NCBI GenBank assembly: GCA_964016885.1
Contig: CAXHJY010001416.1
Coordinates: 1 to 58,252 of the forward strand
Direction: 5' to 3'
Source of the DNA: Eledone cirrhosa
Taxonomy: Eukaryota
Length of the DNA: 58,252 nucleotides
Part shown: positions 30,766 through 44,206 of the stretch, one piece after another
Position numbering within the stretch: the first letter of the stretch is position 1
Layout: each line of letters opens with the position of its first letter
Position numbers and translations under genes: made by a program
The notes under the pieces: model-generated
What the model was told of the DNA's origin: nothing
What the model saw: only the letters and a program-made list of their open reading frames with translations
Database searches by the model: none

Positions 30766-31211
30766 TTCTTTCTTTTGTCAGAAAACATCATTGGCAATAA
30801 AAGTTGTCCAAAAAATAAATACACACAAACATACATACAACGTATATATATATGTATATACATATATATATATATAAACATGTATAAATATATATGTGTG
30901 TGGTATATATACATATATATATATATACATATATATATGTGCATATACATATTGTATATATATGTGTGTACATATACATATATATATTATATATATATAT
31001 GTATATATATGATAATATACATATATATATGCATAATATATATATATGATATATACATATATACGTATATATATATATGTATATATATATGCGTATTATA
31101 TATTATATTATATTGTCTATTATATATATATATACATACATAGATACATATATAGTTATTTGTATATATATATTTGTATATATATATATATATAGACAAA
31201 TAACTATATTT

Positions 31212-31337
<126 letters not shown>

Positions 31338-31706
31338 GACAAATAACTATATAATGACGACAGGAACAAAAGGAATCTAAAAAACACAACAACACAACAC
31401 AAACAACAATAAAACCACGAAGATTTCACCAAAACAAACAACAAACGACAAAGATTATATTGTAGGGAAAAAATGGCGGCGATAGATTGAATGTTTCTAC
31501 GTTGTGTTGTGTGTTGTAAAAATATCAACTGCAAAGTTATGGTTCTTTTGTATTGTTTGACTAATAATCACATATATATCACACCTTATACTTCCCCCAT
31601 TCTACCCTCTCTCGACTTCTCTCTCTCTCTCACTCTCTTTTCTCTATCTAACTGTCTCTCTCTCTCTCTCTCTCCCTCTCTCACTCTCTTTTCTATATCT
31701 AACTCT

Positions 31707-31796
<90 letters not shown>

Positions 31797-31850
31797 ATCT
31801 GTCTATCTATCTATCTCTATATATATATTTCTCTATCTATCTATCTCTAC

Positions 31851-31916
<66 letters not shown>

Positions 31917-32027
31917 TCTATCTCTCTTTCCCTGTCTCTCCCTCCCTCATTCCTTCTTTCTTTCTTTCTTTTTTCTTTCTTTCTTACTTTCTAGGTATTA
32001 ATATCTCTCTTTCTGTTTACTTTCAAC

Positions 32028-32122
<95 letters not shown>

Positions 32123-32699
32123 CACTGCCCTTCCCTGTGTCTATCTCTGCACTCTCCCCTATCTGTGTGTCTTTCACTCTATACTCCCCCTCTCTGTCTC
32201 TCTACACTCACCCTCTCTGTCTCACTGCACCCCCCCTCTCTGTTTCTCTTTGATTTTCTTTATTTTATAATACACGACACTACACCGTGTAGTAAAGTAA
32301 AATACACACATACACACATACACACGTACACACATACACACATACATACATATGCATATAAATAGATACATATATCAACACATACGCATGCATATAAATA
32401 GATACACACATACATCAATACACACACATACATAGATACACACATTCATCCACACAGCAACAGCCAAAAATAAATAAACAAAACAATAATGAGAATATCA
32501 ACAAATAATCAAACATAAATATACAAAGACATATTTACACAGACACATACACACACACAGACACATACACACACACACACACACATACACGCACATGAAT
32601 GTACGCATACTCATAAAAACACGCTCTCATATACAAACACACAGAGATAAAGATGAGCTCACACATACATAGTCGCACATTCACACACACACAGACACG

Positions 32700-32745
<46 letters not shown>

Positions 32746-33630
32746 CATACATATAAACGCACACTCACACACACGCAAACACATGCTCACATATACACAT
32801 ACAAACATACACACACACACATACAATCTCACGCTCATACACACACATACAAACATACACTCACACATGCAAACACACACTCTCACATGCAAACACACGA
32901 TCACACATGCAAACACACAAACACACACACTCACACATGCAAACTCACACATGCAAACTCACACATGCAAACACACGCTTACAAAAACGCACACAAAAAC
33001 GCAAACGTTCACACAAACATATGCAAACACATGCATACTCACACATACAAGCGCAAACACATACAAACACACACACATACTTACAAACATACACATAGAC
33101 ACACAAACGCATATATACACACAAACAGCACACAAACACAAACATACACACATATATACACAAACACACACACATACAAACACAAACACATTTATACGAC
33201 AAACACATACGTACAAACGCAAACGCATTACATATACACACATACATACACACACAAACACATACACATATATATACACAAACACACATACAAACACACA
33301 AACATACACATACGCAGGTCGTAAAATAATTACATATGACCACTTTGTAGTGATGTTTTATTGATAATCGAAAATTGCATTTTTTCCCTTTGAAGATCTT
33401 CACATTGGTCCCGAGGAATCGGTGGTTTAATACCTAAAAAGAATACATCTTTTTTCGCGTTAGCATCGGCCACGTCAATTACGTACAGCAAAACTTTGGT
33501 AAAAATAACGACAATAACAACACTAACAACAACAACAACAACAATAATATCCACCAATAGCGACATCAACAACAACATTACCTACAAATTTTTCCTTTAA
33601 TAAGGTGCAACAGCTGCCATAGAGAAAACT

Positions 33631-33688
<58 letters not shown>

Positions 33689-33928
33689 TGTATGTATGTA
33701 TGTATGTATGTATGTATGTATGTATGTATGTATGTATGTATGTGTATGTATATATATATGTATGTGATATATGTATATATATATATATATATATATGCTT
33801 GTGTGGTTGTGTATAAATATCTATGTAATATGTATATGTGTGTGTTTGTGTGTGTGTGTGTGTGCATGTGTGTGCGTGTGTGAATATCTCTGAAATATAT
33901 ATAGATATATATACGCGTGCGTATATTC

Positions 33929-33962
<34 letters not shown>

Positions 33963-34058
33963 ATAAATGCGCGTGTGTGCGTATATATATCTATGTAATA
34001 TATTCACATGTATACGTGTGCGTGTATGTATATGTATGTATATCTATGTAATATATTC

Positions 34059-34160
<102 letters not shown>

Positions 34161-34729
34161 GTATATATTTTCGGGTTAACATATTTTTTTATATAATTTT
34201 TCTGCATGTTTTCTTGTGTATTTTTTAAAATTTGTGTCTCCATTTCTTTTGTATATTTGTTGTTATTGTTATCATTACTATGTGTTTTTTCTTCTTCTTT
34301 TAAATACGATATTATGAAGAATTCTTTGGGGGGAGGAATATACAAGCATTAGGCAATTTTTTAAAACACATACCCCCTCCCCAACAACATATATATATGT
34401 AAAACAACCAACAATTTTTAAAACCCTTTAAAAAAAAAATGGCGAACGAAAATATATCAATTTTTTTTTTGCAAGCGATTTTTATAAGCTTTTGATGTTG
34501 TTAACAATTTTCAACCTAGTACACATTTCATGAATAATCTTTACGTAATTTTTTTTATTTATTTAATTTTTTAAGGGTGAGGGGGATTGGAATTTCTTAT
34601 TTTAATGTTATTTTAGTTTATTTTAGATTAATTAAATGTATACATTATGATAGAATATACAAACACGTACAGCACAGATGGACACAAACAGAAACATAGC
34701 GAGCACACACGCACAACACAACACATATG

Positions 34730-34769
<40 letters not shown>

Positions 34770-34791
34770 ATACACACATCTATGTATATAT

Positions 34792-34838
<47 letters not shown>

Positions 34839-35005
34839 GATGTGTGTATCTTATATATATATATATATATAAGATACACACATGTATGTATACATATATA
34901 TATATTTATATATATATTTATATATATACATATATATAGTTATATATATAAATACGTATGCATATATATATATACATGCACATGTACGTATATGTATGTA
35001 TATAT

Positions 35006-35095
<90 letters not shown>

Positions 35096-35154
35096 ATATG
35101 TATGTATATATGTGTATATATATATATGTAAGTATATACACATGTATGTATATG

Positions 35155-35190
<36 letters not shown>

Positions 35191-35216
35191 CATATGTGTA
35201 TATATATATATATGCG

Positions 35217-35292
<76 letters not shown>

Positions 35293-35921
35293 CGTGTATG
35301 TATGTATTTACAAAGAGAGAGCATAAGGGGACTGAAAGTTTAAGAGAAGACCGAAACTAATTTAAAGGAACGCGGCATAAACAAACACACAAACACGACG
35401 TAGATAAAATATAAAAAAAATGATCAAATCAAATTAAAACAACAATAAACAACAAGAAAAACAACACCAACAACAAACAGCATTACCAACAACAACAATA
35501 TAAACAACAAGAACAAAATGGTGGACGTTTTTAAAGAAAAGTATATAAATATGTATGGCGGTAAAAATTAAAACAAAATTGCACGTAAATTAATATAAAG
35601 GAAGCGATACAGATTAAAAGCAATATGGTATAAAAAGCCGGAATCATTCAAGACCGTATTTGTCTATTTTGAGAGGAGAGTCCATTACAGAGGAATATGG
35701 AAATTATCCTATATGGAATTAAGATTAAAACTGGCTCTGAAAATTCTAACATTTTACAAGCACACATGTACACATGTACACATATACATGTGTACATATA
35801 CTCATATACTCATATACTCATATGTACACATGTACATATGTACATGCATATGCTCACACACACTCACCAATATACTTACAAATTGACGCGTCTTTTATAT
35901 ATGTACGCTTATGTAAGTTAT

Positions 35922-35960
<39 letters not shown>

Positions 35961-36053
35961 GATAGATAGATACACGTATATTGTTATATATATATATGTA
36001 TATAATCATATGTAATATATTTATGTATATATATATATATCATATATATCATA

Positions 36054-36108
<55 letters not shown>

Positions 36109-36203
36109 ATATGTGTGTGTGTATGTGTGTGTATAAATATATCATATGATGTATTTATGTGTATATATATATATAAAAATATATATATAGAGAGAGATAT
36201 ATA

Positions 36204-36263
36204 TAAGAAAAAATATGATCCCAACGGCTGAGCTTAAGCCGTTTCGACGGCTATTTCTGGACT
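36204..36263. mobile_element. Family F1 solo arm in (TA)n
   Basis: AAGAAAAAATATGATCCCAACGGCTGAGCTTAAGCCGTTTCGACGGCTATTTCTGGACT, with the same start and end points as the other arms. Confidence 0.85.
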
Positions 36264-36427
36264 TATATATATATTAAGCATTATTGCTCCAGCTTGTCTA
36301 CTTACATTCAACACTTACCCTAAACTGAACTCTAACCTGTCAAAGACTTGTTTCAAACGAACCGTATTCACCGTCAAATCACACACACACACACATAGAG
36401 GGTAACCCTTTATATATATATATATAA

Positions 36428-36689
36428 AGTGAATTGGATTGACAATTGTGAGGCTGGAAGTTCGATTCCTGGACCGGGCGATACGTTATGTCCTCGAGCA
36501 AGACACTTTATTTCACGTTGTTCCATCTACCTGGAGTTGCGACCGATAGAAAGTAATAGCAATTGGAAAGACCAACGGAAACATTGTTTCCTCGGTCCGA
36601 TATATATTGAGTGCAAACCGACAATCCATGTGAACACTATAACATATAATCATGTCTGTTGGATTTGTGCCTGAATCTGAAACCATTAA
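36428..36689 (+). mobile_element. tRNA-derived SINE with an S2-like head
   Basis: B box AGTTCGATTCC followed by GTCCTCGAGCAAGACACTTTATTTCACGTTG, shared with 38696-38970. Confidence 0.7.
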
Positions 36690-36880
36690 TGGCGGTGAAT
36701 TGGCAGTATCAGTAGAGGGTCGGACGCCATGCTTTCCAGCATAGTTACGTCCCTTTATGGTCTGAGTTCAAATCCCGTCGAGGTTAACTTTGCCTTTCAT
36801 CCTTACGGGGTCGATAAAATAAAGTACCAGTAATGCACTGGTTATGTGCTGGCCTTGTGCCAAAAGTAGAAACAATTATT
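36690..36880 (+). mobile_element. SINE family S1 (short-body variant)
   Basis: GGCGGTGAATTGGCAGTATC head, GAGTTCAAATCCC B box, S1 body and GCTGGCCTTGTGCC...TAGAAACAATTATT tail. Confidence 0.9.
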
Positions 36881-38285
36881 ACAGAACAGAAGGGTTTAAT
36901 AACACAAGTGTGAGTATGCATCTATGTGTATGCATATATGTATGTACAATTGTGAATGAGTCTGTATATATATATGTCGTATGTACGTATATGTAAAGAT
37001 GTAAGTATATATGTATATATATATATATTTACCATATGTACGTGTATATAAAGATGTAAGTATGTATATTTACCGTATATTCGTGTATATAAATGTATAT
37101 GTATGTGTGTATATGGAAATATCTGTGTGTATTTATACAATAGGAAGTCGGTTGTGTCAGAACATGTCTATACTGGCCCCAATTACCATCACGTCTGCCA
37201 CAAGAGAAAGCTCACTAAAACCTATTAGCACAACTATACACCAGGGGATTATATACTCTCAATAAAAACACTGGAAAACAGGAACAATTAATTTGACTAA
37301 GTCTTCAAATTCAAATTACAATATTTTAGAGAGAAAGACTGAGAGAGCGAGGGTCACATATATAAGACGGGGAGAAGGAGAGAGTGAATCTCAGACAGAG
37401 GGGGTGAAATGATAAAGCGAGAGTCACACACACATACACACGCGCGGCACACACGCACATGCACATAGAAACGAGCGCGCGCACAGGCACATATATACAT
37501 CATGCACACGCGTGCACGCACCATACAGACGCACGCACAAACACACACACATACACACACACACGAAAACGCACACATCATGCACACACACACAAACACA
37601 AACACGAACATATACACGCACACCCAGCCACACACTCAGCCATACCCAGGCGCGCACACACACACACCTAACCACATACACACACATCCACGTACATCCA
37701 GCCACACACGAAGACATACACACACACTCAGCCACACACAAGCGCACACACACCTAGCCACACACACACACACATGCAATGTGTTGTTACTATGGAGTTT
37801 CGCCTCTCTCTCTATACATTGTCACCAGATTGTCTAATGACCCTCTATATACACAGGAGAATCTTTAGAGCAACAAGACATTGGCTTAATAAATTTATTA
37901 ATTTATATTTTCGTATCACGACTAACATTGCTAAATAAACACACATATATACATATTATACAATGCCCGACAGTCAAGCTTAAACCGTAAGTCGGGCATT
38001 ATATCTATAACAATATCTATACTTTCGATACCAACTCGTCTGAAATCGTCTCTGGTTTCATGATACAAAATTCTAATATCTAAAAATCTTCCGTCATAAT
38101 TTTATGTAAGAACCTTTATGTTCCCCAGCCATCTTAATAATCAGTTATTAAATTCTTCCAAGTTTAAGATATTTAAGAAAATTACCAGAAAATCCTACTA
38201 GTCGGTGTCTTTTATTGGAAATCGAATTCCTCTCGAGGACTGACCGCAGCTGGTTTCTTCCAGGAAGATAGAGGGAGAGAGAGAG

Positions 38286-38363
<78 letters not shown>

Positions 38364-38410
38364 AATGAAAGGAATCTAGAACTTTACTGTTAATTCGTTT
38401 ATGGATGTTG

Positions 38411-38529
38411 TAAAGAATGAAAGGTGGTGTTTGTTACCTTCTGAGAGACTTGAACTGAGAACGCAGGGAGGCGACAGGTTCACTGCAATGTTTTGTATCC
38501 GACATCATAAGTCTGCCAATTCTCGCCCT
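38411..38529 (-). mobile_element. Old S1-related SINE 5' half
   Basis: GAATGAAAGG...TTGAACTGAGAACG...TCCGAC...CTGCCAATTC. Confidence 0.5.
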
Positions 38530-38692
38530 TCATAATCCTATGTTACCCAAACAACTATAACTGACCTTAATAGAATCTCTATCGAAACACTTGTGACATT
38601 GGTGGGAAGTGGAGATGTGGGTACTGATGGTTACTGTAAGGAATGTCGTAGATATTTTTGTGTATATTCAAATTTATGGATGTATTATCTAA

Positions 38693-38970
38693 ATATAGCC
38701 GAGTGGTTAGGGTGTTGAACTTACGATCGTAATGTCGTGGGTTCGATTCCTGGAATGGGTTGGATGTTGCGTTCTTGAGCAAAACACTTCATTTCACGTT
38801 GCTCCATTATACTAAGCTGAAAGTGAGTATCAGCAATAGCTGGGAGTTTAACCCTGCGATGGACTGGCGCCCTGTCCAGGAAATATCTTGTACTCTCAGT
38901 CACTTCACGCCATGAAACCGGATAAGCATCGATCTAACGAGCCTTAAATGGCTTAAGACAGAATTTAGAC
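38693..38970 (+). mobile_element. tRNA-derived SINE family S2 with CORE-like and V-domain-like segments
   Basis: A box TAGCCGAGTGG (38696-38706) and B box GGTTCGATTCC (38740-38750). Also TTCTTGAGCAAAACACTT and CCCTGCGATGGACTGGCGCCCTGTCCAGG. Confidence 0.85.
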
Positions 38971-39039
38971 TTTTAGAATTTTTAGTTGTAATGTGCGCAA
39001 TTAGTTGTCGTGTGTGGTCCTCAGACAACACGTGACCCA

Positions 39040-39078
39040 TGTGGCCCTGGGGGAACCCTCAGTTTGACATGCCTAGTC
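39040..39078 (+). mobile_element. hAT/Charlie-like MITE terminus
   Basis: TGTGGCCC...AGTTTGACATGCCT resembles the CAGGCATGTCAAACT TIR. The partner end was not found. Confidence 0.4.
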
Positions 39079-39420
39079 TAAACTGGGTTCGCATTCCTGC
39101 TTTAAAAATATTACCATTCTACCGGAAGTCTACATCATTGATTGTGACCCCTTCAATATAACACCTTTGACCTTGTACCAGTACCAACGATCAATATATC
39201 TTTACTTAAGATTTTATACATTAAAGTTCATATTTATTTTTTAAAATGTAACAAAGTAAAATCGAAATTTCGAAATTCAATATTTTTGTTTACTGTATCG
39301 ATCGATAACATCCATTGACCGAACGGTCACTAACATCAGGGTGTTGAAAATATATCATGACCATCACCATCAACATCACTACCATCATCATCATCACCAT
39401 CATCACCATCACAATTAAAC

Positions 39421-39596
39421 TCTGGCAGTATCGGTAGAAAGTCGGACACTATGCTTTGCAGCATAGAGTTACAGCCCTTTATGATCTTTAATTAAAATCT
39501 TGCCGAGGTTAACTTTGCCTTTCATCCTCGATAAAATAAAGTACCAGTAATGTACTGGGATAATTGCTGGCCTTGTGCCACAAGTAGAAACAATTC
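39421..39596 (+). mobile_element. SINE family S1 (short-body variant)
   Basis: Colinear with 36690-36880, with a small internal deletion. Confidence 0.85.
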
Positions 39597-39883
39597 TTAC
39601 ATAAATCATTATTATTGTTGTCTTTGCTACTTCGCGCTAATTACCGAATTGATTTTTAAAAGAAAAAAGAAAAATGTTAGATAAATCGATGTTATACTTC
39701 TCAAGAATAAGCAATATCTGAGAATTGAAACCAAAGAACGAAAGATGTAAGCGATAGATCGATAGATCGATATGAAAGTTAGCAGATAGAAAGATAGACA
39801 GGAATATAGGTAGTTAAATTTACAGATAAAGATGGTGTGTAGGTAGATAAGTAGATAACCTGATGGCTGTGTTGGTTTGTGTG

Positions 39884-39935
<52 letters not shown>

Positions 39936-40066
39936 GAGGTTATATTTAATTTGTTGGGATTCAACAAGCTTAACATTTTTTATAACTTATATAAAGCACT
40001 CAACAGTTTAGTGGAGTAAATACACAATATATTAATAAATGGAAACTATATTTATAAAACCATATT

Positions 40067-40132
40067 TATTTTATTATACATATTTCAAGGGCAACCAAGG
40101 CAAATTATGGTGCGCTTTCATCAGATAAAATA
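40067..40132 (-). ncRNA. Minimal type I hammerhead ribozyme (F2, left arm)
   Basis: TATTTTAT-CTGATGA-AAGcGCACCA...TGGtTGCcCTT-GAAA-TATGT-ATA-ATAAAATA. Confidence 0.8.
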
Positions 40133-40233
40133 CAGATTTGTTTTATAAATAAATATTGACATACCCGGAAAAAAGACAACCTTAACGGTTGGAGCTTCCG
40201 GGTATGTCAATATTTATTTATAAAACAAATCTG

Positions 40234-40299
40234 TATTTTATCTGATGAAAGCGCACCATAATTTGCCTTGGTTGCCTTTGAAATATGTATAATAAAATA
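40234..40299 (+). ncRNA. Minimal type I hammerhead ribozyme (F2, right arm)
   Basis: Perfect 8-bp stem I TATTTTAT/ATAAAATA. CTGATGA at 40242-40248 and GAAA at 40280-40283. Quasi-palindromic stem III ATATGTAT. AUA cleavage triplet at 40289-40291. Confidence 0.8.
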
Positions 40300-40325
40300 A
40301 ATATGGTTTTATAAATATAGTTTCC

Positions 40326-40390
40326 ATAAAATAAAGTACCAGTAATGCACTGGGTAATTGCTGGCCTTGTGCCTAAAGTAGAAACAATTA
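40326..40390 (+). mobile_element. S1 SINE 3' half abutting the F2 palindrome
   Basis: ATAAAATAAAGTACCAGTAATGCACTGGG...GCTGGCCTTGTGCCTAAAGTAGAAACAATT. Confidence 0.8.
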
Positions 40391-40580
40391 ATATATTGTA
40401 TATATATATATAGATAGATAGATAAAGACAGCATAAAACGCAGGTAAAACGAGATTACCTGTATATTCAGAGAGAGAGGGGGGGGGGTATCAATGTTATA
40501 TATTATAAACATTGGTGTTGTTATTGTTGTTTGGCAACAGAGAAGAACGTTTTAATATTGTATTATAAGACGCTATATGA

Positions 40581-40581
40581 C

Positions 40582-40647
<66 letters not shown>

Positions 40648-41483
40648 CCTGGATGGTTAGCTGAATGGTTAGGTGGCCGGATGGCTTGCTGAATATTTGG
40701 AAGGCTGGCTAGCTGAATGGTTGGGTGGATGGTTTGATGGCTAGCTGAATGTCTGTCTGGCTGTTTGGGTTGTTGGATGGTTGGCAGGTTGTCTGAATGG
40801 TTGAGTGGTTGGTTGGTTGGTTGGATGGTTGGCAGGTTGTCTGAATGGTTGAGTGGTTGGTTGGTTGGTTGGATGGTTGGTTGGATGGTTGGCAGGTTGT
40901 CTGAATGGTTGAGTGGTTGGTTGGTTGGTTAGATGGATGGATAGTTGGCTGGTTTTCTGAATGGCTGGCTGGCTGGTTGTTTGAATGGTTGAGTGACTGG
41001 TTGGTTGGTTGGATAGCTGGCTGGCTGGTTGAGTGGTTGGTTGGCTGGCTGGTTGAGTGGTTTGTTGGCTGGCTGGTTGAGTGGTTGGTTGGCTGGCTGG
41101 TTGAGTGGTTGGTTGGCTGGCTGGTTGAGTGGTTGGTTGGCTGGCTGGTTGAGTGGTTGGTTGGCTGGCTGGTTGAGTGGTTGGTTGGCTGGCTGGTTGA
41201 GTGGTTGGTTGGCTGGCTGGTTGAGTGGTTGGTTGGCTGGCTGGTTGAGTGGTTGGTTGGCTGGCTGGCTGAGTGGTTGGTTGGCTGGCTGGTTGAGTGG
41301 TTGGTTGGCTGGCTGGTTGAGTGGTTGGTTGGCTGGCTGGTTGAGTGGTTGGTTGGATGGTTGGATGATTGATTGGCTGGATGGTTGAGTGGTTGGCTGG
41401 TTGGTTGGTTGGATGGTTGGCTGGTTGGTTGGTTGGATGGTTGGATGATTGATTGGCTGGATGGTTGAGTGGTTGGATGGTTG
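40581..41483. repeat. (CTGT)n grading into a 24-bp minisatellite GGTTGAGTGGTTGGTTGGCTGGCT
   Basis: Homogeneous 24-bp units at about 41027-41355. Confidence 0.95.
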
Positions 41484-41687
41484 CTCATATTGCAGCAATG
41501 GAGAGGTGATAGTTCATTGGTTACATTTGTAAATGTTTGTTTCCTTCTCTTAATTTAGAATTAATTATGCATAACATTCAATAAGGTATAATAGTGGTGG
41601 TGGTGGTGGTGGTATTGATGGTGGTGGTGGATGGGAAGAGGCGTGTTGGAGGAGGCTGGGCTCCTTTTGATTGTTTTGTTTTTTATC

Positions 41688-41723
<36 letters not shown>

Positions 41724-41728
41724 ATGTA

Positions 41729-41762
41729 TACAGGGTGTCCCAAAAACTATACGCACTTTTAT
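41729..41762 (+). mobile_element. Tc1/mariner-like TIR fragment
   Basis: TA|CAGGGTGTCCCAAAA. A similar end in reverse (ACACCCTGT) lies near 48825-48833. Confidence 0.45.
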
Positions 41763-41786
41763 TAGAATGTGTATACATCTTTTGTG

Positions 41787-41817
<31 letters not shown>

Positions 41818-43032
41818 ATGTGTATATATATATATTAGAGAGAGAGAGAGAGAGAGAGGCTGAGGTTGTAAGGTGATTAAGAGATGAGTTTGTTGCTTGG
41901 CTGGTGTAGATTTAGGATGTAAATGATGTATATTTAATAGGGAGGGGAGGGGGTGACCATGTTAGCTCACATTATACTATAACACACACACACACTCAAA
42001 CATGGAGACACACATACAAATGTACACAATGCGTGCACACACACACACACACACACTCACACAGATGCACACATTAATACTATTAAACACACCGAGACTC
42101 ACATATATACACACACACATTCAAACACACAGACATACACACACAAATGTACATAATGTACACACACACACAGCACATGCAACACGCACATTCACCAACA
42201 CATACACACACACACACCAACACATACACACGCACAGCACATGCAACACACACTCACACCAACACACAAACACACCAAGACACCTTCACACCAACAAGCA
42301 CACCAACACACGCATACACACATACACACACACACCAACACACACACACACACAGACACACCAACACACACGAACACACACACACAGACACACACACACG
42401 AAGACAAGCGAAAAAATGAGTATTGAACAGCGGTAGTCTTTATCTGAGAGGCTTACGAAGGATTTGTAGACAGTTTAGATGAATAAACAAAGGAAACTAT
42501 GCGGAAACTTACACTCCACACTTCATTTATTTACTATTTATTTATCTGGCGGTGTAAAACCTTATGTTCTCTTAGATTTCTTACAACTTAATCGACTATC
42601 AGCAACTACTGAAATATTCATTACTTTCAGTTTTGATCTTGACATTAGTGTCTACATACAACGTTAACTTCAGACTCTTGGTTTTGTGCTTTAGTCCAGG
42701 TTAATGCAGGACAAAACGATAAGCTCGGCCAACAGTAGAGACAAATATTTCTCACAAAGAGATTTGTGAAGTCTTCTATTCTGCCATGGAAGCTGACCGT
42801 ATTATTCGCTCACATTTCACTATAATACATTATATATATATATATATAATATACATACATAAATATTTATTTATATATATATATGGATATATATGCATAT
42901 ACACACACATATATATATACATACATAAATATTTATATATATATATATGCTTAAAGATACATATATATTTATATATATTTATTTATAGACGCATATTAAA
43001 TAAATATGTATGCATATATATGTTTGTATATA

Positions 43033-43119
<87 letters not shown>

Positions 43120-43145
43120 ATAGACACATTAAATAAATATGTATG

Positions 43146-43177
<32 letters not shown>

Positions 43178-43307
43178 TACATATATATATATATGCATAT
43201 ATACATATATATATATATATATGTATACACACACACACACATACATATATATATATATTTATATATACACACACATATATATATATATATATATATCTAT
43301 ATATATA

Positions 43308-43503
43308 TTGGAAAATGTGTGAAATCTTTGGTTATATATATATAAAAAAAAAGGAAAAGAGTGACTTCACTTGTAGTTCTAAACAATTTAATTTAATTTT
43401 ATATAATTTTACAATTTGGTTTTGTAGATCTACAAAACCAAATGTAAAATTAAATTAAATTGTTTAGAACTACAAGTGAAGTCACTCTTTTCCCTTTTTT
43501 TAA
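43308..43503 (-). mobile_element. Fold-back family F3 (palindrome centred on GTAGATCTAC, plus tail)
   Basis: Inverted arms at 43344-43503. The tail TTGGAAAATGTGTGA is shared with 55681-55833. Confidence 0.85.
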
Positions 43504-43528
43504 ATATCTATATATACATATATATATA

Positions 43529-43721
43529 TAGAAGTAGTTCCACAACAGTTAGTTCCCCATACCGACAACAAATGTTTCACCTTATGCGGATCTTCAGCTT
43601 GGCCTGAGTGAAGTTGTACGGAAAAGGAAAATCACCGCATGAATACGCATGCGCAAAAACGGTCACTTCTACAAGGCGATGTAATCCCGCAGTGGAACGT
43701 TGTAACTCTCCAGTGTTCTAC
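43529..43721 (+). mobile_element. Fold-back family F4; the inverted arm carries an HHR (43562-43602, minus strand)
   Basis: Minus strand reads CCAAG-CTGAAGA-TCCGCATAAGGT-GAAA-CATTTG-TT-GTCGG. The arm start TAGAAGT and tail end CAGTGTTCTAC are shared with 49458-49658. Confidence 0.75.
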
Positions 43722-43783
<62 letters not shown>

Positions 43784-43786
43784 CAT

Positions 43787-43881
43787 GTATTCCGATGATT
43801 GGTCAGAGACACACACTGTATTTAAGGTCGAGTGATCAGCGACCTTTAGACTCACCTGATCAATGAAACAATTGTTAATAC
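43787..43881 (+). ncRNA. Type I HHR with an extended stem II, family F5 (element about 43785-44099)
   Basis: Stem I GTATT/AATAC. Core CCGATGA (U4C variant). Stem II TTGGTCAG/CTGATCAA encloses the hairpin AAGGTCG/CGACCTT. GAAA, palindromic stem III CAATTG and a GUU site follow. Confidence 0.7.
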
Positions 43882-44096
43882 TGTAAATAAAACCCCTTTT
43901 TGTACAGCCGACCATGTTATTCTTCACTCTTTCACTACTATTACTCCAAGAATAACCTACATGGGAATTCTCGTAAACTCGCCACCTAACTAAGGAAACC
44001 TCTTGTTGAGTCAAACAACGCCGTACGTTAAAACTATCCACAATACAGAGTACTCACAACCTCTAGCTGGATTACCTAAAACGATAACTTGTTATA

Positions 44097-44206
<110 letters not shown>

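Larger units (their letters stand above)
40029..40327. mobile_element. Fold-back family F2: approximately 132-bp inverted repeat, each arm with a complete HHR
   Basis: Arms 40039-40170 and 40196-40327 are nearly perfect complements, with a 25-bp spacer. Confidence 0.9.

Noticed and set aside
38696-38762. tRNA gene
   Set aside because: A and B boxes are present, but there is no acceptor stem and the sequence continues into a SINE body.
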